Origin: Actinomycetes bacterium
GTDB taxonomy: Bacteria > Actinomycetota > Actinomycetes > JAWWOW01
DNA length: 64,000 nucleotides
Reading direction: 5' to 3'
Assembly: GCA_045807285.1 (NCBI GenBank)
Contig: JBJMHR010000029.1
Span: forward strand, 81,020-145,019
Part shown: piece after piece, positions 38,021-52,171 of the stretch
Layout: every line of letters begins with the position of its first letter
How positions within the stretch are numbered: position 1 is the stretch's first letter
Notes under the pieces: generated by a model
Seen by the model: only the letters and a program-made list of their open reading frames with translations
What the model was told of the DNA's origin: nothing
Database searches by the model: none
Position numbers and translations under genes: made by a program

Positions 38021-38962
38021 TTGCCTAAGCGGCATCACGGTCTAGTCGCTGGCTCCGGCTGGGATGATCGGCTTGTGGCGCACTTCGAGTTCGTGAGCGG
38101 CGACGGGACGCGCATCCGAGGCTGGCGAAACCGCGACGACCGGCAAGGCGTGCCTGTCGTCATCAGCAACGGTCTCGGTACGCCGCCGACCGCGTGGCCC
38201 GCCCTCGTTCGCGCCAACAGCGGCTTTCGCGCGGTGACGTGGTACTACCGCGGCACCGGTGGCTCAGAGCGTCCTGCTGACGAAACGCGGATTCGCGTCG
38301 AGGACCACATGGCTGACCTCATGGCTTTGATGGACCACGAGGAAATCGACAAGGCGCTGCTCGTCTGCTGGTCGCTCGGCGTCAACATTGCTTTCGAGTT
38401 TGCCGAGGAGTTCCCGGATCGCGTGGCCGGGCTGCTCGGCGTCGCTGGCGTGCCCGGTGGCACGTTCCACGCGATGGGTGGCTTGCTGCGGGTGCCGCGG
38501 CGGCTCCGACACCCGATGTTCGTCGCCGGTGCTCGACTGTTGTCGGCGGCCGGTCCGGCACTGACCTGGGGTGCGAACAAGCTGCCGATGAACCCACTCA
38601 CCGTAGGCATGATCACGCGCAGCGGGGTCATGTCGCGGGCGGCGCGGGCCGAGGTCGTGATCCCTGCGCTCGAAGAGTTCCGCCGGCACGACTTCCGGTG
38701 GTACTTCGGGCTGGCGGTCGCTGCGGCCGAACACGAACCGATGGACCTCGCGTTCGTGCAGTGCCCGACGATCATCGTGGCTGGCAAGTGGGACGTCATC
38801 ACGTACCGCCGCGACCTGGAGCGCGCTGCGGCACGCATCCCGCACGCGCAACTACACGTCTTGCCTGGCACACATTTCCTGCCGCTGGAGTTCCCGGACG
38901 AACTGGGCGAGCTCCTGCATGAGCTGGCCTGGCGCGCGGACCTCGAGCAGACGAGGGTTTAG
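38021..38962 (+). CDS. Alpha/beta-fold hydrolase
   Basis: 313 aa (TTG 38021; alternative GTG 38075 = VAHFEF). Nucleophile-elbow-like VCWSLGVN, and C-terminal GTHFLPLE with the catalytic His context. Confidence 0.7.
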   Translation: MPKRHHGLVAGSGWDDRLVAHFEFVSGDGTRIRGWRNRDDRQGVPVVISNGLGTPPTAWPALVRANSGFRAVTWYYRGTGGSERPADETRIRVEDHMADLMALMDHEEIDKALLVCWSLGVNIAFEFAEEFPDRVAGLLGVAGVPGGTFHAMGGLLRVPRRLRHPMFVAGARLLSAAGPALTWGANKLPMNPLTVGMITRSGVMSRAARAEVVIPALEEFRRHDFRWYFGLAVAAAEHEPMDLAFVQCPTIIVAGKWDVITYRRDLERAAARIPHAQLHVLPGTHFLPLEFPDELGELLHELAWRADLEQTRV

Positions 38963-39420
38963 CCCGTCGCTTCGGCGGTGTCCTTCAGCCGGCGCAACGT
39001 CGTGCGCATGTTGACGCGGTTCTGCTCCGCACGGTCTTTGATGCCCATGACGTAGGGATAGATCGCACGCAGCCAGCCGGGGCGCTGGTCCACCGCGCTC
39101 TCGGTCACGACGCAGCCGTCAGCAGTGGGCTCGATCTGATAGCACCACTTGGCGCTCGTGTAGGGGCCGAAGTGCACCTCGAACGCGAACTGCCGACCGC
39201 GTTCGGCAGCGGTGACCAGACACTTCGCCGTCCAGCGGCGTCCCTGATGCTGGTTGCGGCCCTTGAACCACGCACCGACGGCCGGGCCGCTCGCACCGCG
39301 AATCCACTCGCCGCCACGGTTTTCCGGGCTCCACTCGCCCATCCGCGTGAGGTCGCTGATCAGGTCGTAGACGGCGTCCGGAGCAGCGGCGATGTGTTCA
39401 GTGACGTCGACGTCGGCCAC
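38959..39420 (-). CDS. SRPBCC (START/polyketide cyclase-like) family protein
   Basis: 153 aa. IAAAPDAVYDLISDLTRMGEWSPE is the typical SRPBCC N-terminal beta-alpha pattern. Confidence 0.7.
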   Translation of the reverse strand: MADVDVTEHIAAAPDAVYDLISDLTRMGEWSPENRGGEWIRGASGPAVGAWFKGRNQHQGRRWTAKCLVTAAERGRQFAFEVHFGPYTSAKWCYQIEPTADGCVVTESAVDQRPGWLRAIYPYVMGIKDRAEQNRVNMRTTLRRLKDTAEATG

Positions 39421-39426
39421 CGTCGG

Positions 39427-41814
39427 CTAGCCGATCGCGCGGCGACGCCGGCGGAGGATCACCGCGGCAAGCGTGAACGCCAAGGCGACAGCGCCGAACG
39501 CGACGCCGGGACCACCGGTCGTCGCGAGATTGCCGCCCTTCTTGTTCACGGTGACGCCGGGGAACTGCTCGGTCGACTGGGGTAGCGACGACACGCTGAC
39601 GTCGTACGCCGGGGTCGCGTCAATCACCGAAGGCACATTGCCGAGGTGGTTGGTCGCGGTGTCGAACGGAGGCAGACCGTTGTCCGTAGCCGTCCATGCG
39701 GTCACCGCCTCGAGCACCGCGTTGCTACTCGGCGATCCGACGTCGGCGTTCGGCACATGTATGACGATCGACGAACCCGTGTGCTTGCCCTGCACCGCGG
39801 TGCCGCCGCGATAGTCGACGAGTGTCGGGATCGTGTAGTACGCGATGCCGGGGCGGTCGTAGGCGCCGGGAGCACCGGCGTGATAGGTCAACTCGCCACC
39901 GTTGTCGGACTCGGCGCGGGCGAACCAAATCCGCCCGCTCGAGTCGACCCAGGTGACGAGATACCAGAGATGGGACTGGCTACTGGACGGGCTGTTCGTG
40001 TGAGCGAGGTTCGCCACGTTGATCGTGACGTCGAGTGCGCCGTTCGCCCGGGCGAACGACACCGCCCGAAGGTCAGCCTGCGTCCGGTTGGTGCCGAACG
40101 GCACGGGGAACAGCGCGTCGCCCAGCGCGTCAAGGGGAGCGACATGCGTCGGCTTTGTGGAGAACCGCGAATCGGAGACTTCGCCGCTGCCGATGAGGCG
40201 TGGGCCGGACAGCTGGTGCACGGTCATCGTCACCGGGATGCCCGGCACGAGATCGGTGGGTAGTGGCGCGATCAGGTTGGAGTCGGCGGCGTACGTCGCA
40301 GTCATCGCGCCGTCCGGCCCGATGTCGACACTGATGAAGTCCGCCATGTTGCGGTTGCCCGGCGGCAACGTCGCCGCGCACGTCGTTCCTTGCAGGCAGA
40401 TGTCGCCGATGTGCATCGGTGCACGCCCTGCGCGTGCTTCGTGGAACTTCGGGCTGGCCGTGTCGGCGTCGGTCACGGCAGACATGAAGAGATGCCATTT
40501 CTTCGCCGGGTTCTTCTTCGTCGGCTGCTCACGGAGATCCGTGCCGAGCCAGACAAACCCGATCTTTCCCTTGTCGCCTGCGGTCATCCAACCGAACGCG
40601 TTCGTCTTGCTCATGGAGGGCAGGTCGACGCGGCGTACCGGCGCCCACTGCTTGTGCTCGGGCCGATCCTTTGAGTACGTGTAATAGACGTGCCACTCCT
40701 GCGGGTCGGGCGTCGAGTTGGCCGGGTCGTTGACCCCGTCGCCCTCGATCCACTCCTCGTAGAGCGTGCCGGCCTTGTCCATTGCGAGCACGGGGAAGAG
40801 GCTGCCGTTCTTGTGGATCGGTTGACCATCGACCGTGTTGGCCGCGGTCTGATACGTCATGGACGCGAACTGCCCGACGTTCGTCGGATCCGCGCGGTCG
40901 GCAGGGGCTGCCGCGGGCTTCCCGACCGCGACCCCGAACTCGTTCTTGCCCGAGACGACCGGACACGAAGTAGTGCTGCACGAGATCGCTGTGTAGACGT
41001 AGCCGTACTTCGGGTCGGCGACCGTAGGTCCGTGGAACACGTACGAGGAAATCGCCGGTGATTCGAAGAACTGAGCTGTCAAAGGGTTGTTCGCCGGTAC
41101 GCCGGGGTCTGCGGCGTTCCAGGTCACGCCGTCGGTTGACCATGCGAACGCGAGGCCGCCTCCGGATGAGACGGGGTTGCCGCCGAGACACGCTGTGCAC
41201 TGCCAGGACAGGTAAACCATGGGCTTGTGCCCGCCCTGCGTCCACTGTGGCGGCGCGTCGGTGCCGGTCGGGTGCAGGACACCTTGGAACGGCCGGTCGG
41301 CCGTCAACGCAGGGTCGCTGAAGCACTTGTGCGCGGCCAGCGTGTGGTTGCTGACGTCGTAGCGGCCGGACGCGACGTCGACCAGGGCCTGCTGGTCCAT
41401 CAGGTACATCTGGTTCGCGACCTTGTCGTAGGCGAGCGAACTGTCTCCGCCGCCGGTGCTGTCGCACACCCAGTGGCCCGTGGACGGGCCCAGGTTTTGG
41501 TAGGTCAGCCCGTGGTCACGGCTCGTCCAGTACCAGCTGGTCTGCACTGATGTGCCGCCGGGCGCCGAGACGAACGGTTGGTTATCGCGGTCGACCGCGA
41601 TGTACGGTTCGGCGCCGCCCCGGATCGGGTCGACAACCGTCGGTACGCCGAGCGTCAGCCCGGAGCTCGCGCCTTGCGCGCGCAGCGCCGGCAACGTGAG
41701 CAGGCTGATTCCGGCGAGAGCGGCAGCACTAGCCGCAATGAGTCTCCGTCGACCCATGAGTGGTGCTCCTTGAAGTTGACCCGTGGCGGAGGCCAATTTT
41801 CGCATAAGGGGCAA
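39427..41814 (-). CDS. Cell-wall-anchored surface protein with Asp-box (BNR) repeats and an LAxTG sortase signal
   Basis: 795 aa. The likely start is the internal Met at 41757 (MGRRRLIAASAAALAG..., signal peptide, possibly Tat-type). Asp-boxes SRDHGLTY and STDGVTW. The C-terminus LATTG plus hydrophobic helix plus RRRRRA is a class-E-sortase-type sorting signal. Confidence 0.7.
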   Translation of the reverse strand: MPLMRKLASATGQLQGAPLMGRRRLIAASAAALAGISLLTLPALRAQGASSGLTLGVPTVVDPIRGGAEPYIAVDRDNQPFVSAPGGTSVQTSWYWTSRDHGLTYQNLGPSTGHWVCDSTGGGDSSLAYDKVANQMYLMDQQALVDVASGRYDVSNHTLAAHKCFSDPALTADRPFQGVLHPTGTDAPPQWTQGGHKPMVYLSWQCTACLGGNPVSSGGGLAFAWSTDGVTWNAADPGVPANNPLTAQFFESPAISSYVFHGPTVADPKYGYVYTAISCSTTSCPVVSGKNEFGVAVGKPAAAPADRADPTNVGQFASMTYQTAANTVDGQPIHKNGSLFPVLAMDKAGTLYEEWIEGDGVNDPANSTPDPQEWHVYYTYSKDRPEHKQWAPVRRVDLPSMSKTNAFGWMTAGDKGKIGFVWLGTDLREQPTKKNPAKKWHLFMSAVTDADTASPKFHEARAGRAPMHIGDICLQGTTCAATLPPGNRNMADFISVDIGPDGAMTATYAADSNLIAPLPTDLVPGIPVTMTVHQLSGPRLIGSGEVSDSRFSTKPTHVAPLDALGDALFPVPFGTNRTQADLRAVSFARANGALDVTINVANLAHTNSPSSSQSHLWYLVTWVDSSGRIWFARAESDNGGELTYHAGAPGAYDRPGIAYYTIPTLVDYRGGTAVQGKHTGSSIVIHVPNADVGSPSSNAVLEAVTAWTATDNGLPPFDTATNHLGNVPSVIDATPAYDVSVSSLPQSTEQFPGVTVNKKGGNLATTGGPGVAFGAVALAFTLAAVILRRRRRAIG

Positions 41815-41832
41815 AGGCGGCGCGCCGTACGT

Positions 41833-43329
41833 TCAGCCGCTGACGCCCAGCCGCTGCACGATCAGCGCGCGTGCTTGCGCCGCGTCGGCCTGGCCGCCGG
41901 TCGCCTTCATGACCGCCCCGACGAGCGGCCCGACCGCCTTCACGTTGCCCGCGCGGATCTTCTCGGCGACATCCGGGTGCGCCGCGATCGCGTCGTCAAC
42001 CGCGGTCAGCACGGCGCTTTCATCGGCGACCCGCCAACCGTGCGCAGCGATGACGGCGTCCGGGTCGCCGTCGCCCGCGATGACGGCGTCGACAACCTGC
42101 CGCGCGAGCTTGTTCGTCAACGCTCCTTCGTCTTCCAACGCGATGACTCGTGCGAGCTGCTCGGCACTGATCGCGAGGTCGGCGGCGTCGACACCGAGCT
42201 CCCCCGCCTTACCGAGCAGGTAACCGAGCCACCATCCGCGCACCGCGGCGGGCTTCGCGCCGGCAGCGATCGCCGTCGCGACGTGGTCGAGCACGCCCGC
42301 GTTCGTCAGCTGTGACATGTCGAGCGCGCTGAAGCCGTGCTCGGTCGCAAAACGCTGCCTGCGGGCGGCGGGCAACTCCGGCAGATCGGAGCGCAACCGC
42401 TCGACCCAGTCGCGGTCGGGGGCAACAGGCACGAGATCCGGCTCGGGGAAGTAGCGATAGTCCTGGGCTTCTTCCTTGCTGCGTCCCGGTGACGTCGTCC
42501 CGCTGTCTTCATGAAAGTGCCTGGTCTCTTGTACGACGGGTTCGCCCGCGTCGAGCACGCCCGCCTGCCGTTCCACCTCGAAGCGCACCGCGCGTTCGAC
42601 CGACCTGAACGAGTTCACGTTCTTGGTCTCGGTACGCGTTCCCCACGGAGCTCCGGGTGGAGCGAGCGAGACGTTGACGTCACAGCGCAGGCTGCCCTGC
42701 TCCATTCGCGCATCCGACGCGCCGAGCGCACGGACGAGGTTCCGCAGTTCCGTGACGTAGGCCCGCGCGACCGAGCCGACGTGCACACCGGTGCCGGGGA
42801 TCGGCTTGGTCACGACCTCCACCAGTGGGATCCCGGCGCGGTTGTAGTCGACGAGTGAGTGGTCCGCGCCGTGGATGCGCCCTGTTGCACCGCCGACGTG
42901 CGTGGTCTTGCCGGTGTCCTCCTCGAGGTGCACACGCTCGATCTCGACCCGGTAGGTCTCGCCTCCGACGTCGATGTCGATCGCACCATCGATGCACAGC
43001 GGCTCGTCGTACTGCGAGATCTGGAAGTCCTTCGGCATGTCCGGGTAGAAGTAGTTCTTGCGCGCGAACCGGCACCACTCGGCGATGCGACAGCCGAGGG
43101 CAAGGCCGATACGCATCGTGTGCTCGATGGCCATGCGGTTGGTCACCGGCAGCGAGCCGGGCAGCCCGAGGCACGTCGGGCAGATCTGTGTGTTCGGTTC
43201 CGCACCGAACTCCGTGGCACATCCGCAGAACATCTTCGACCTGGTCGACAGCTCGACATGGGTTTCGAGACCGAGCACGGGCTCGTAACGCGCCAACGCC
43301 TCGTCGTACGCAACCAAGGCAGTCGTCAT
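41833..43329 (-). CDS. gatB: Asp-tRNA(Asn)/Glu-tRNA(Gln) amidotransferase subunit B
   Basis: Start set at ATG 43327-43329 ([27 protein letters not shown]), an ATGA overlap with the gatA stop. Confidence 0.95.
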   Translation of the reverse strand: MTTALVAYDEALARYEPVLGLETHVELSTRSKMFCGCATEFGAEPNTQICPTCLGLPGSLPVTNRMAIEHTMRIGLALGCRIAEWCRFARKNYFYPDMPKDFQISQYDEPLCIDGAIDIDVGGETYRVEIERVHLEEDTGKTTHVGGATGRIHGADHSLVDYNRAGIPLVEVVTKPIPGTGVHVGSVARAYVTELRNLVRALGASDARMEQGSLRCDVNVSLAPPGAPWGTRTETKNVNSFRSVERAVRFEVERQAGVLDAGEPVVQETRHFHEDSGTTSPGRSKEEAQDYRYFPEPDLVPVAPDRDWVERLRSDLPELPAARRQRFATEHGFSALDMSQLTNAGVLDHVATAIAAGAKPAAVRGWWLGYLLGKAGELGVDAADLAISAEQLARVIALEDEGALTNKLARQVVDAVIAGDGDPDAVIAAHGWRVADESAVLTAVDDAIAAHPDVAEKIRAGNVKAVGPLVGAVMKATGGQADAAQARALIVQRLGVSG

Positions 43330-44819
43330 AGTGCCGGCGCCTCGTCGAGCAAGGGATGCCCCCATTGTGTGACCAACGCGCTTTCCAACGCACCGCCGAC
43401 GCGGTAGAGCCGATCATCGGCCAGCGCCGGCGCCATGACCTGGAAGCCGACCGGCAGACCGTCGTCGGGGGAAAGCCCGCACGGCAGCGAGAGCGCGGCG
43501 TTGCCGGCGAGGTTGGACGGGATCGTTGCAAGGTCAGCGAGGTACATCGCGAGCGGGTCATCGACGCGTTCCCCGATCGGGAACGCCGTCGTCGGTGTGG
43601 TCGGCGACACCAGCACGTCCGCCTGCTCGAATGCCGCGGTGAAGTCGCGCGCGATCAGTGTGCGCACCTTCTGCGCCTGCCCGTAGTACGCGTCGTAGTA
43701 GCCGCTCGACAGTGCATAGGTCCCGAGGATGATCCGGCGCTTCACCTCAGCGCCGAAGCCGGCCGCCCGCGTGAGCGCCATGACTTCTTCGGCGGAGTTC
43801 ACGCCGTCGTCACCGATCCGCAAGCCGTAACGCATGGCGTCGAAGCGTGCGAGGTTGCTCGAGCACTCGCTCGGAGCGATCAGGTAGTACGCCGCAAGCG
43901 CATAGTCGAAGTGCGGGCAGGACACCTCGACGATCTCGGCGCCGAGTCCGGAGAGCACATCGACTGCTTCGCGGAAGCGCTGTTCAACCCCTGGTTGGTA
44001 ACCCTCGCCAGACAGCTCCCGTACGACGCCGATCCGCATCCCCTTGACGTCGGCGCTTCGGGCCGCCTCGACGACAGGTGGCACTGGCGCATCAATCGAC
44101 GTCGAGTCGAGTGGGTCGTGGCCGGCAATCGTTGCGTGCAGCAGCGCCGCGTCGAGAACCGTACGCGCGAACGGTCCGGGAGTGTCCAAGGACGACGAGA
44201 ACGCGACGAGCCCGTAGCGCGAGGAGCCGCCGTACGTCGGCTTCACACCGACGAGGCCACACACGGCTGCGGGTTGCCGGATCGAGCCACCCGTGTCCGT
44301 GCCCACACCGAGGGCAGCCTCGAACCCCGTCACCGCCGCGCTCGAACCGCCCGACGAACCACCGGGCACGCGCGTCAGGTCCCACGGGTTGTGCGAGGGC
44401 CCGAACGCAGAGTTCTCGGTCGACGAGCCCATCGCGAACTCGTCCATGTTTGTCTTGCCGAGGATGACGACACCGGCATCCCGAAGCCGTGACACGACGG
44501 TGGCGTCGTACGGCGGTTTCCAGCCGTCGAGAATGCGCGACCCACAGGTGGTCGGCAGGCCACGCGTCGCGAACACATCTTTGACGGCAAGAGGCACCCC
44601 GGCGAGTGGGCCCAACGACCGGCCGTTGTCACGCTGCTCGTCCACGCGTCGTGCCGTGGCGAGCGCGCCGTCGGTGTCAACGTGCAGGAACGCGCGCACC
44701 CGGTCGTCCACGTCGTTGATGCGATCGAGGTGTGCCTGCGTGACGTCCACCGCGGACACGTCTCCGGCACCAACCAGTCGGCCGAGCTCGCTCGCCGTGA
44801 GCCGCGTGAGGTCGGCCAT
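43326..44819 (-). CDS. gatA: Glu-tRNA(Gln) amidotransferase subunit A
   Basis: 497 aa with the amidase signature [11 protein letters not shown] and [12 protein letters not shown]. Confidence 0.95.
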   Translation of the reverse strand: MADLTRLTASELGRLVGAGDVSAVDVTQAHLDRINDVDDRVRAFLHVDTDGALATARRVDEQRDNGRSLGPLAGVPLAVKDVFATRGLPTTCGSRILDGWKPPYDATVVSRLRDAGVVILGKTNMDEFAMGSSTENSAFGPSHNPWDLTRVPGGSSGGSSAAVTGFEAALGVGTDTGGSIRQPAAVCGLVGVKPTYGGSSRYGLVAFSSSLDTPGPFARTVLDAALLHATIAGHDPLDSTSIDAPVPPVVEAARSADVKGMRIGVVRELSGEGYQPGVEQRFREAVDVLSGLGAEIVEVSCPHFDYALAAYYLIAPSECSSNLARFDAMRYGLRIGDDGVNSAEEVMALTRAAGFGAEVKRRIILGTYALSSGYYDAYYGQAQKVRTLIARDFTAAFEQADVLVSPTTPTTAFPIGERVDDPLAMYLADLATIPSNLAGNAALSLPCGLSPDDGLPVGFQVMAPALADDRLYRVGGALESALVTQWGHPLLDEAPAL

Positions 44820-45118
44820 CAGGCCTCGTCGTCCAAGATGCGCGGCACCCGGAACCGGCCGTCCTCGGCGGCCGGCGCGGCTGCCAGTACGTCGTCGCGT
44901 GTCAACGACGGTGCCAACTCGTCTTCGCGGAACACGTTCGTGAGTGGCACGGCGTGTGACGTGGGGGGAATGTCGTCAGCAGCGACTTCGCCGACGCGCG
45001 CGACAGCGCCGAGGATGACGTCGAGCTGGCCGGCGAAGTTGTCCAGATCGTCATCGCTCAGCGCGAGGCGAGCGAGCCGGCCGAGATGGGCGACGTCGTC
45101 ACGCGTGATTCCCGGCAT
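44819..45118 (-). CDS. gatC: Glu-tRNA(Gln) amidotransferase subunit C
   Basis: 99 aa ([22 protein letters not shown]...). Directly upstream of gatA with a 1-nt overlap. Confidence 0.9.
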   Translation of the reverse strand: MPGITRDDVAHLGRLARLALSDDDLDNFAGQLDVILGAVARVGEVAADDIPPTSHAVPLTNVFREDELAPSLTRDDVLAAAPAAEDGRFRVPRILDDEA

Positions 45119-45127
45119 GTCGTGAGC

Positions 45128-46447
45128 CTAGGAGACACGCGCTTCGGCCTCGGCGCGCGCGGCGGCGATGGACCGACTCGTCACGGCACGCGTCATCAGC
45201 AACCCGCACACGGCCAAGGTCACGGTTGCGAAAAGGAACGGCGCACGAAGGCCCCATACATGAGCGAGCACGCCGCCCAGCAGCGCGCCGATCGGGATCG
45301 ATCCCCAGCCGACGAACCGGTACGCGCTGTTGACCCGGCCGAGCAGCCGGGGCGGGATGATCTCCTGCCGTAGCGAGACAGTCAGGACGTTCCAGACGAT
45401 CGAGCCGAAACCGATCAGCGCGAACGCCGCGCCGCCCACGAATCCGTTGTGCGTCAGGAACGCGATGAGCTCGGCGACGATCGACATGACGATCGATGCA
45501 TAGACCGTGGGGCCGTCGCCGAGCCACTTCGTGAATCGTTCCGCGAACAGGCTGCCGGCAAGGCTTCCGGCGGCTGCGCCGAGCCCCAGGAAGCCGAACC
45601 CGCGCGCGTCGAGGTGCAGCACTTCGAGCGCCCACAGCACGAGGATCGCCTCGGTGGCGTTGAAGGTCAGGTTCCAGATCCCGAGCATCGAGCAGAACGC
45701 ACGCAGGACTCGTTGCCGCCATAGCCACTTGACCCCTTCGCCGATCTCCGCGAACAACTTCGTCGGCGGCGCGTCCGCATCACGTGGCTCCCGGAACCGA
45801 CCGCGCACGGACAGCACGAGCAAGGACGCGATGAGGAATGACGTCGCATCGACGCCGAAAGGTGCCCAGACGAGCGCTGCGAACAGCACGCCGCCGAGCG
45901 GCGGCCCGGCGAACTGCATGCCGATGATCTGTCCGGCGTACAACCGGCTGTTCGCACGGGCCAGCCGGTCCTTGCTGACGATGGCCGGGAGGATCGTCTG
46001 CGACGCGTTGTCGAACATCGTCTCGGCCATCCCGAGCGCGAACGCCGCCACGACGATGACCGGGATGCTCGCGTATCCGAACGCGACGATCGCCGTGAAC
46101 CCACCCATGACGACCGTCCGGAACAGGTCCGACATCCACATCACTCGTCGGCGGTCCCACCGGTCAACGAGCGCACCCGCGATGAGGCTGAACAACAACC
46201 AGGGCGCAAAGCCTGCGACCGAGACGAGCGAAACGGCGATCGGGTTGTGCGTGACCGACGCGGCTACGAGGGGCATCGCGATGAAGCGCACGCCGTCGCC
46301 GAGGACGCTGATGGACGAGGCGACCCAGATCCGCCAGTACGCCGAGCCGAGGCCAGCAGTGGGCGTTGCGTCGTCAGGACGGCTGGCGACGTCGGTGAGC
46401 GGCTCGGCCACCCGGCCACGGTCGCGCACAGGACCCCGGAAGTCCAA
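45128..46447 (-). CDS. MFS transporter
   Basis: 439 aa with about 12 predicted hydrophobic helices and an MFS loop motif (GALVDRWDRRRVM). Confidence 0.8.
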   Translation of the reverse strand: MDFRGPVRDRGRVAEPLTDVASRPDDATPTAGLGSAYWRIWVASSISVLGDGVRFIAMPLVAASVTHNPIAVSLVSVAGFAPWLLFSLIAGALVDRWDRRRVMWMSDLFRTVVMGGFTAIVAFGYASIPVIVVAAFALGMAETMFDNASQTILPAIVSKDRLARANSRLYAGQIIGMQFAGPPLGGVLFAALVWAPFGVDATSFLIASLLVLSVRGRFREPRDADAPPTKLFAEIGEGVKWLWRQRVLRAFCSMLGIWNLTFNATEAILVLWALEVLHLDARGFGFLGLGAAAGSLAGSLFAERFTKWLGDGPTVYASIVMSIVAELIAFLTHNGFVGGAAFALIGFGSIVWNVLTVSLRQEIIPPRLLGRVNSAYRFVGWGSIPIGALLGGVLAHVWGLRAPFLFATVTLAVCGLLMTRAVTSRSIAAARAEAEARVS

Positions 46448-46463
46448 CCAAATTGAGGACTTG

Positions 46464-48587
46464 TCAGGCAGAAGGGTGAACGACAGTCAGCGTGGTGCGG
46501 TGGCGGTGCGATTCCTCCAGCCACGCCGTCGCCTCAGGGGCCGGCATTGCTCGCGACAGGAACCACCCCTGCGCCGCATCGCAGCCCATGCTCACCAGCG
46601 CGTCCCATGCCGACGCCGTCTCGACACCCTCGGCGACGACCCGTAGCCCGAGCGCTTCACCCAGGTCGATGATCGAGCGCACGATTGTCGCGTCGTCGTC
46701 TTCTTCGTCCATGCGCTGCACGAACGAGCGGTCGATCTTGATCTCGCTGACCGGCAGGCGCTTGAGATGCACTAGTGACGAGTAACCGGTACCGAAGTCG
46801 TCCAACGAGAGCGCGACGCCGAGCTCGTCCAGCCCGTGCAACGTTCCGGCGACGCCGTTCGGGTCGGCCATGAGGACGTTCTCGGTGATCTCCAGCAACA
46901 GTGCAGCGGCCGGTACGTCGTAGGCCTGCAATCGACGGCGCAAGAACGGCACCAGCTCCGGGTCGTGCAGGTCGCGCATGGAGATGTTGACCGCGACTTG
47001 CACGTCGAGGCCACGAGCTCGCCAGGAAGCCACTTGCGCGAGCGCGCAGTCGACGACGTAGCGCGTCAGCGGTTGCATCACGCCGGACTGTTCGGCAGCG
47101 GGGATGAAGTCGTCGGGTGGCACCATGCCGCGGGCCGGGTGCCGCCACCGCAGCAACGCCTCGACCCCCATCACCATGCCGTCCGGGAGATGGGCTTTGG
47201 GCTGGTAATGGAGCTCGAGCTCGCCCTCTTCGATCGCCCGGCGCAGGTCTCCGAGCAGCGAGAGCCGCGCGGTCGAGTTCGAGTCTTTATCCGGGTCGTA
47301 GACCTCGATGCCCGTACGCCGTTCCTTCGCGACGTACATCGCGACGTCGGCGCGCTGCAGCAATGTCGGTGCGTCGTCGGCATGGTCGGGCCACAACGCC
47401 AGGCCGACGCTGGCTTCGAGTTCGAGCGCCAGACCGTCGAGCACGAACGGTTTGGTCAGAGCGACGCGCGTGCGGCCGGCGATGTCCATCGCCGTGTCTC
47501 GGTCTGTGACGTCGGTCAGCAACACGGCGAACTCGTCACCACCGAGCCGGGCAACGAGGTCCTCCGGCCGCATCGTTGTCTCGAGTCGTTTGCCGACGAG
47601 CTTCAGCAGCCGGTCGCCGAGGTCGTGGCCGAGCGTGTCGTTGATCTCCTTGAACCGGTCGAGGTCGAGGAGGAACAACGCGACGCGACTGCCATCACGC
47701 GTCGCCTGGGCGATGGCCGTGGCCAGCTCGCCGAGCAACTGCTTGCGGTTGGGCATCCCCGTCAAGCTGTCGTGCAGTGAGCGGTACTCCCGATCCCGCG
47801 CCGCATGCGCGCTCCAGTAGACCGCGCCCAACGGCGGCGCGAACAACGGCAACAGCCAAGGACTGCTGTCGAGCGCGGCAACGACGAGCGGTGACATAGC
47901 CAGCAGCGCACCCGTTGTTATTGCCTGGTAGCTGAGGTCTTCGAAAAGCGTTCCCACCAACGGCGCCCGGCGGAGCAGCGCAAGGGCTTCCGTGACGAGG
48001 CCGTCGTTGACCAGGAAGTACGCCACCCCGGCGAGGCCGATCGCCCAGAGATCGCTACCGACCAACGCGTGCGGGTGTGACGGCGTACCAAGTCGTCCGG
48101 TCGCGAACAGCACGCCGGCGGCAGCGGCCCATGACAGCGTGAACTGCGCGACATTGAACGACGTGCGCCACCAGGCTTTGCCTTTCAGCGTGTCAGCGAC
48201 AAGAGCAGAGCCGGCCTGCAGCAGCACCGCCGCGGCGAAGCCCCAGTGCAGGAGCACTGCGAACACAAATGGCGTTGAGGTGGCGATGCCTTCGGAGTCA
48301 AGAGCGTTCGACGTGACCAGCGGCCGTAGTTCGGCGACGACGATGATGCCCGCGATGATCCAGAATCCGAGGCCGACGGCGCCGACGTCGTGTCGGTGCA
48401 GCGTCGCGACCGCAGCGGCAAGGACGCCGAAGCCGGCCAAGCCGACCACGGTCAGGTAGACCCAGAACGGCGACAACATGCGTGCATGCACGTCCTCGCG
48501 GTTCTCCCGCCGCGCCGCCAACGTCGAACCTCCCCGAGTGCCTCCGGGGGTGGATGGGGCGGGCCCCCGTGCGAGGAAGATCGGCAA
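46464..48587 (-). CDS. Integral-membrane GGDEF-EAL protein (diguanylate cyclase/phosphodiesterase)
   Basis: 707 aa. Start possibly the internal Met at 48479 (MLSPFWVYLTVVG). Multi-helix N-terminal sensor. Intact RLGGDEF with an RPED I-site. EAL motifs VEALLRW, EITEN, DDFGTGYSS. Confidence 0.85.
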   Translation of the reverse strand: MPIFLARGPAPSTPGGTRGGSTLAARRENREDVHARMLSPFWVYLTVVGLAGFGVLAAAVATLHRHDVGAVGLGFWIIAGIIVVAELRPLVTSNALDSEGIATSTPFVFAVLLHWGFAAAVLLQAGSALVADTLKGKAWWRTSFNVAQFTLSWAAAAGVLFATGRLGTPSHPHALVGSDLWAIGLAGVAYFLVNDGLVTEALALLRRAPLVGTLFEDLSYQAITTGALLAMSPLVVAALDSSPWLLPLFAPPLGAVYWSAHAARDREYRSLHDSLTGMPNRKQLLGELATAIAQATRDGSRVALFLLDLDRFKEINDTLGHDLGDRLLKLVGKRLETTMRPEDLVARLGGDEFAVLLTDVTDRDTAMDIAGRTRVALTKPFVLDGLALELEASVGLALWPDHADDAPTLLQRADVAMYVAKERRTGIEVYDPDKDSNSTARLSLLGDLRRAIEEGELELHYQPKAHLPDGMVMGVEALLRWRHPARGMVPPDDFIPAAEQSGVMQPLTRYVVDCALAQVASWRARGLDVQVAVNISMRDLHDPELVPFLRRRLQAYDVPAAALLLEITENVLMADPNGVAGTLHGLDELGVALSLDDFGTGYSSLVHLKRLPVSEIKIDRSFVQRMDEEDDDATIVRSIIDLGEALGLRVVAEGVETASAWDALVSMGCDAAQGWFLSRAMPAPEATAWLEESHRHRTTLTVVHPSA

Positions 48588-48691
48588 GGCCGCTTCGATC
48601 TTGAGCCGCGCTCGAATTGGTCATGGTCAAAACCGGTGCAAATCGGCCGGAACATCCGCGCGCCAGCGCGGCCAAGGTGTGGACAGGATGG

Positions 48692-51806
<3,115 letters not shown>

Positions 51807-51810
<4 letters not shown>

Positions 51811-52160
51811 CTGCGGCGGGTGCCGCCGCGTGCCGCCCCGGACCGTGCGGTCGACTTCTTCTTCGCGGCAGCCTTCTTCGCCGGCGCGCGGGCAGTTGTC
51901 GCCTTGCGCGCTGCCGGCGCACGCGCAGTCGTCGTGCGCGGTGCCGGCGCATCAGTGCTGCGCTCCGCGGGTCGACGGCGGCCTTCCAGCCAGTCGAGGT
52001 CGGCACGGAGCGCCGCGACGACGTCTGAACGCTCGGCGCTCGCACCGCGCACCGCCAGGCTCCATCGTTGGATGACCTCGAGGTCGGTCAGCTCCACCCG
52101 GTCACCGGACGGCGGGGCGGGCGTCGTACCGATGAACTCACCGGAGCTGTCAGTAACCAT
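51807..52160 (-). CDS. Small protein with a basic Ala/Lys/Arg/Thr-rich (histone-tail-like) C-terminus
   Basis: 117 aa. About 65 aa of acidic/neutral N-terminal domain, then APRTTTARAPAARKATTARAPAKKAAAKKKSTARSGAARGGTRRR. Its stop overlaps the GTG start of the downstream gene (GTGA). Confidence 0.5.
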
Positions 52161-52171
52161 GGGACGGCAGC

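Noticed and set aside
48588-48691. Hairpin CCGCGCGCCAGCGCGG downstream of ligA, considered as a terminator or riboswitch for the GGDEF-EAL gene
   Set aside because: The stem is 6 bp without a U-tract and has no recognisable riboswitch consensus. Evidence is insufficient.
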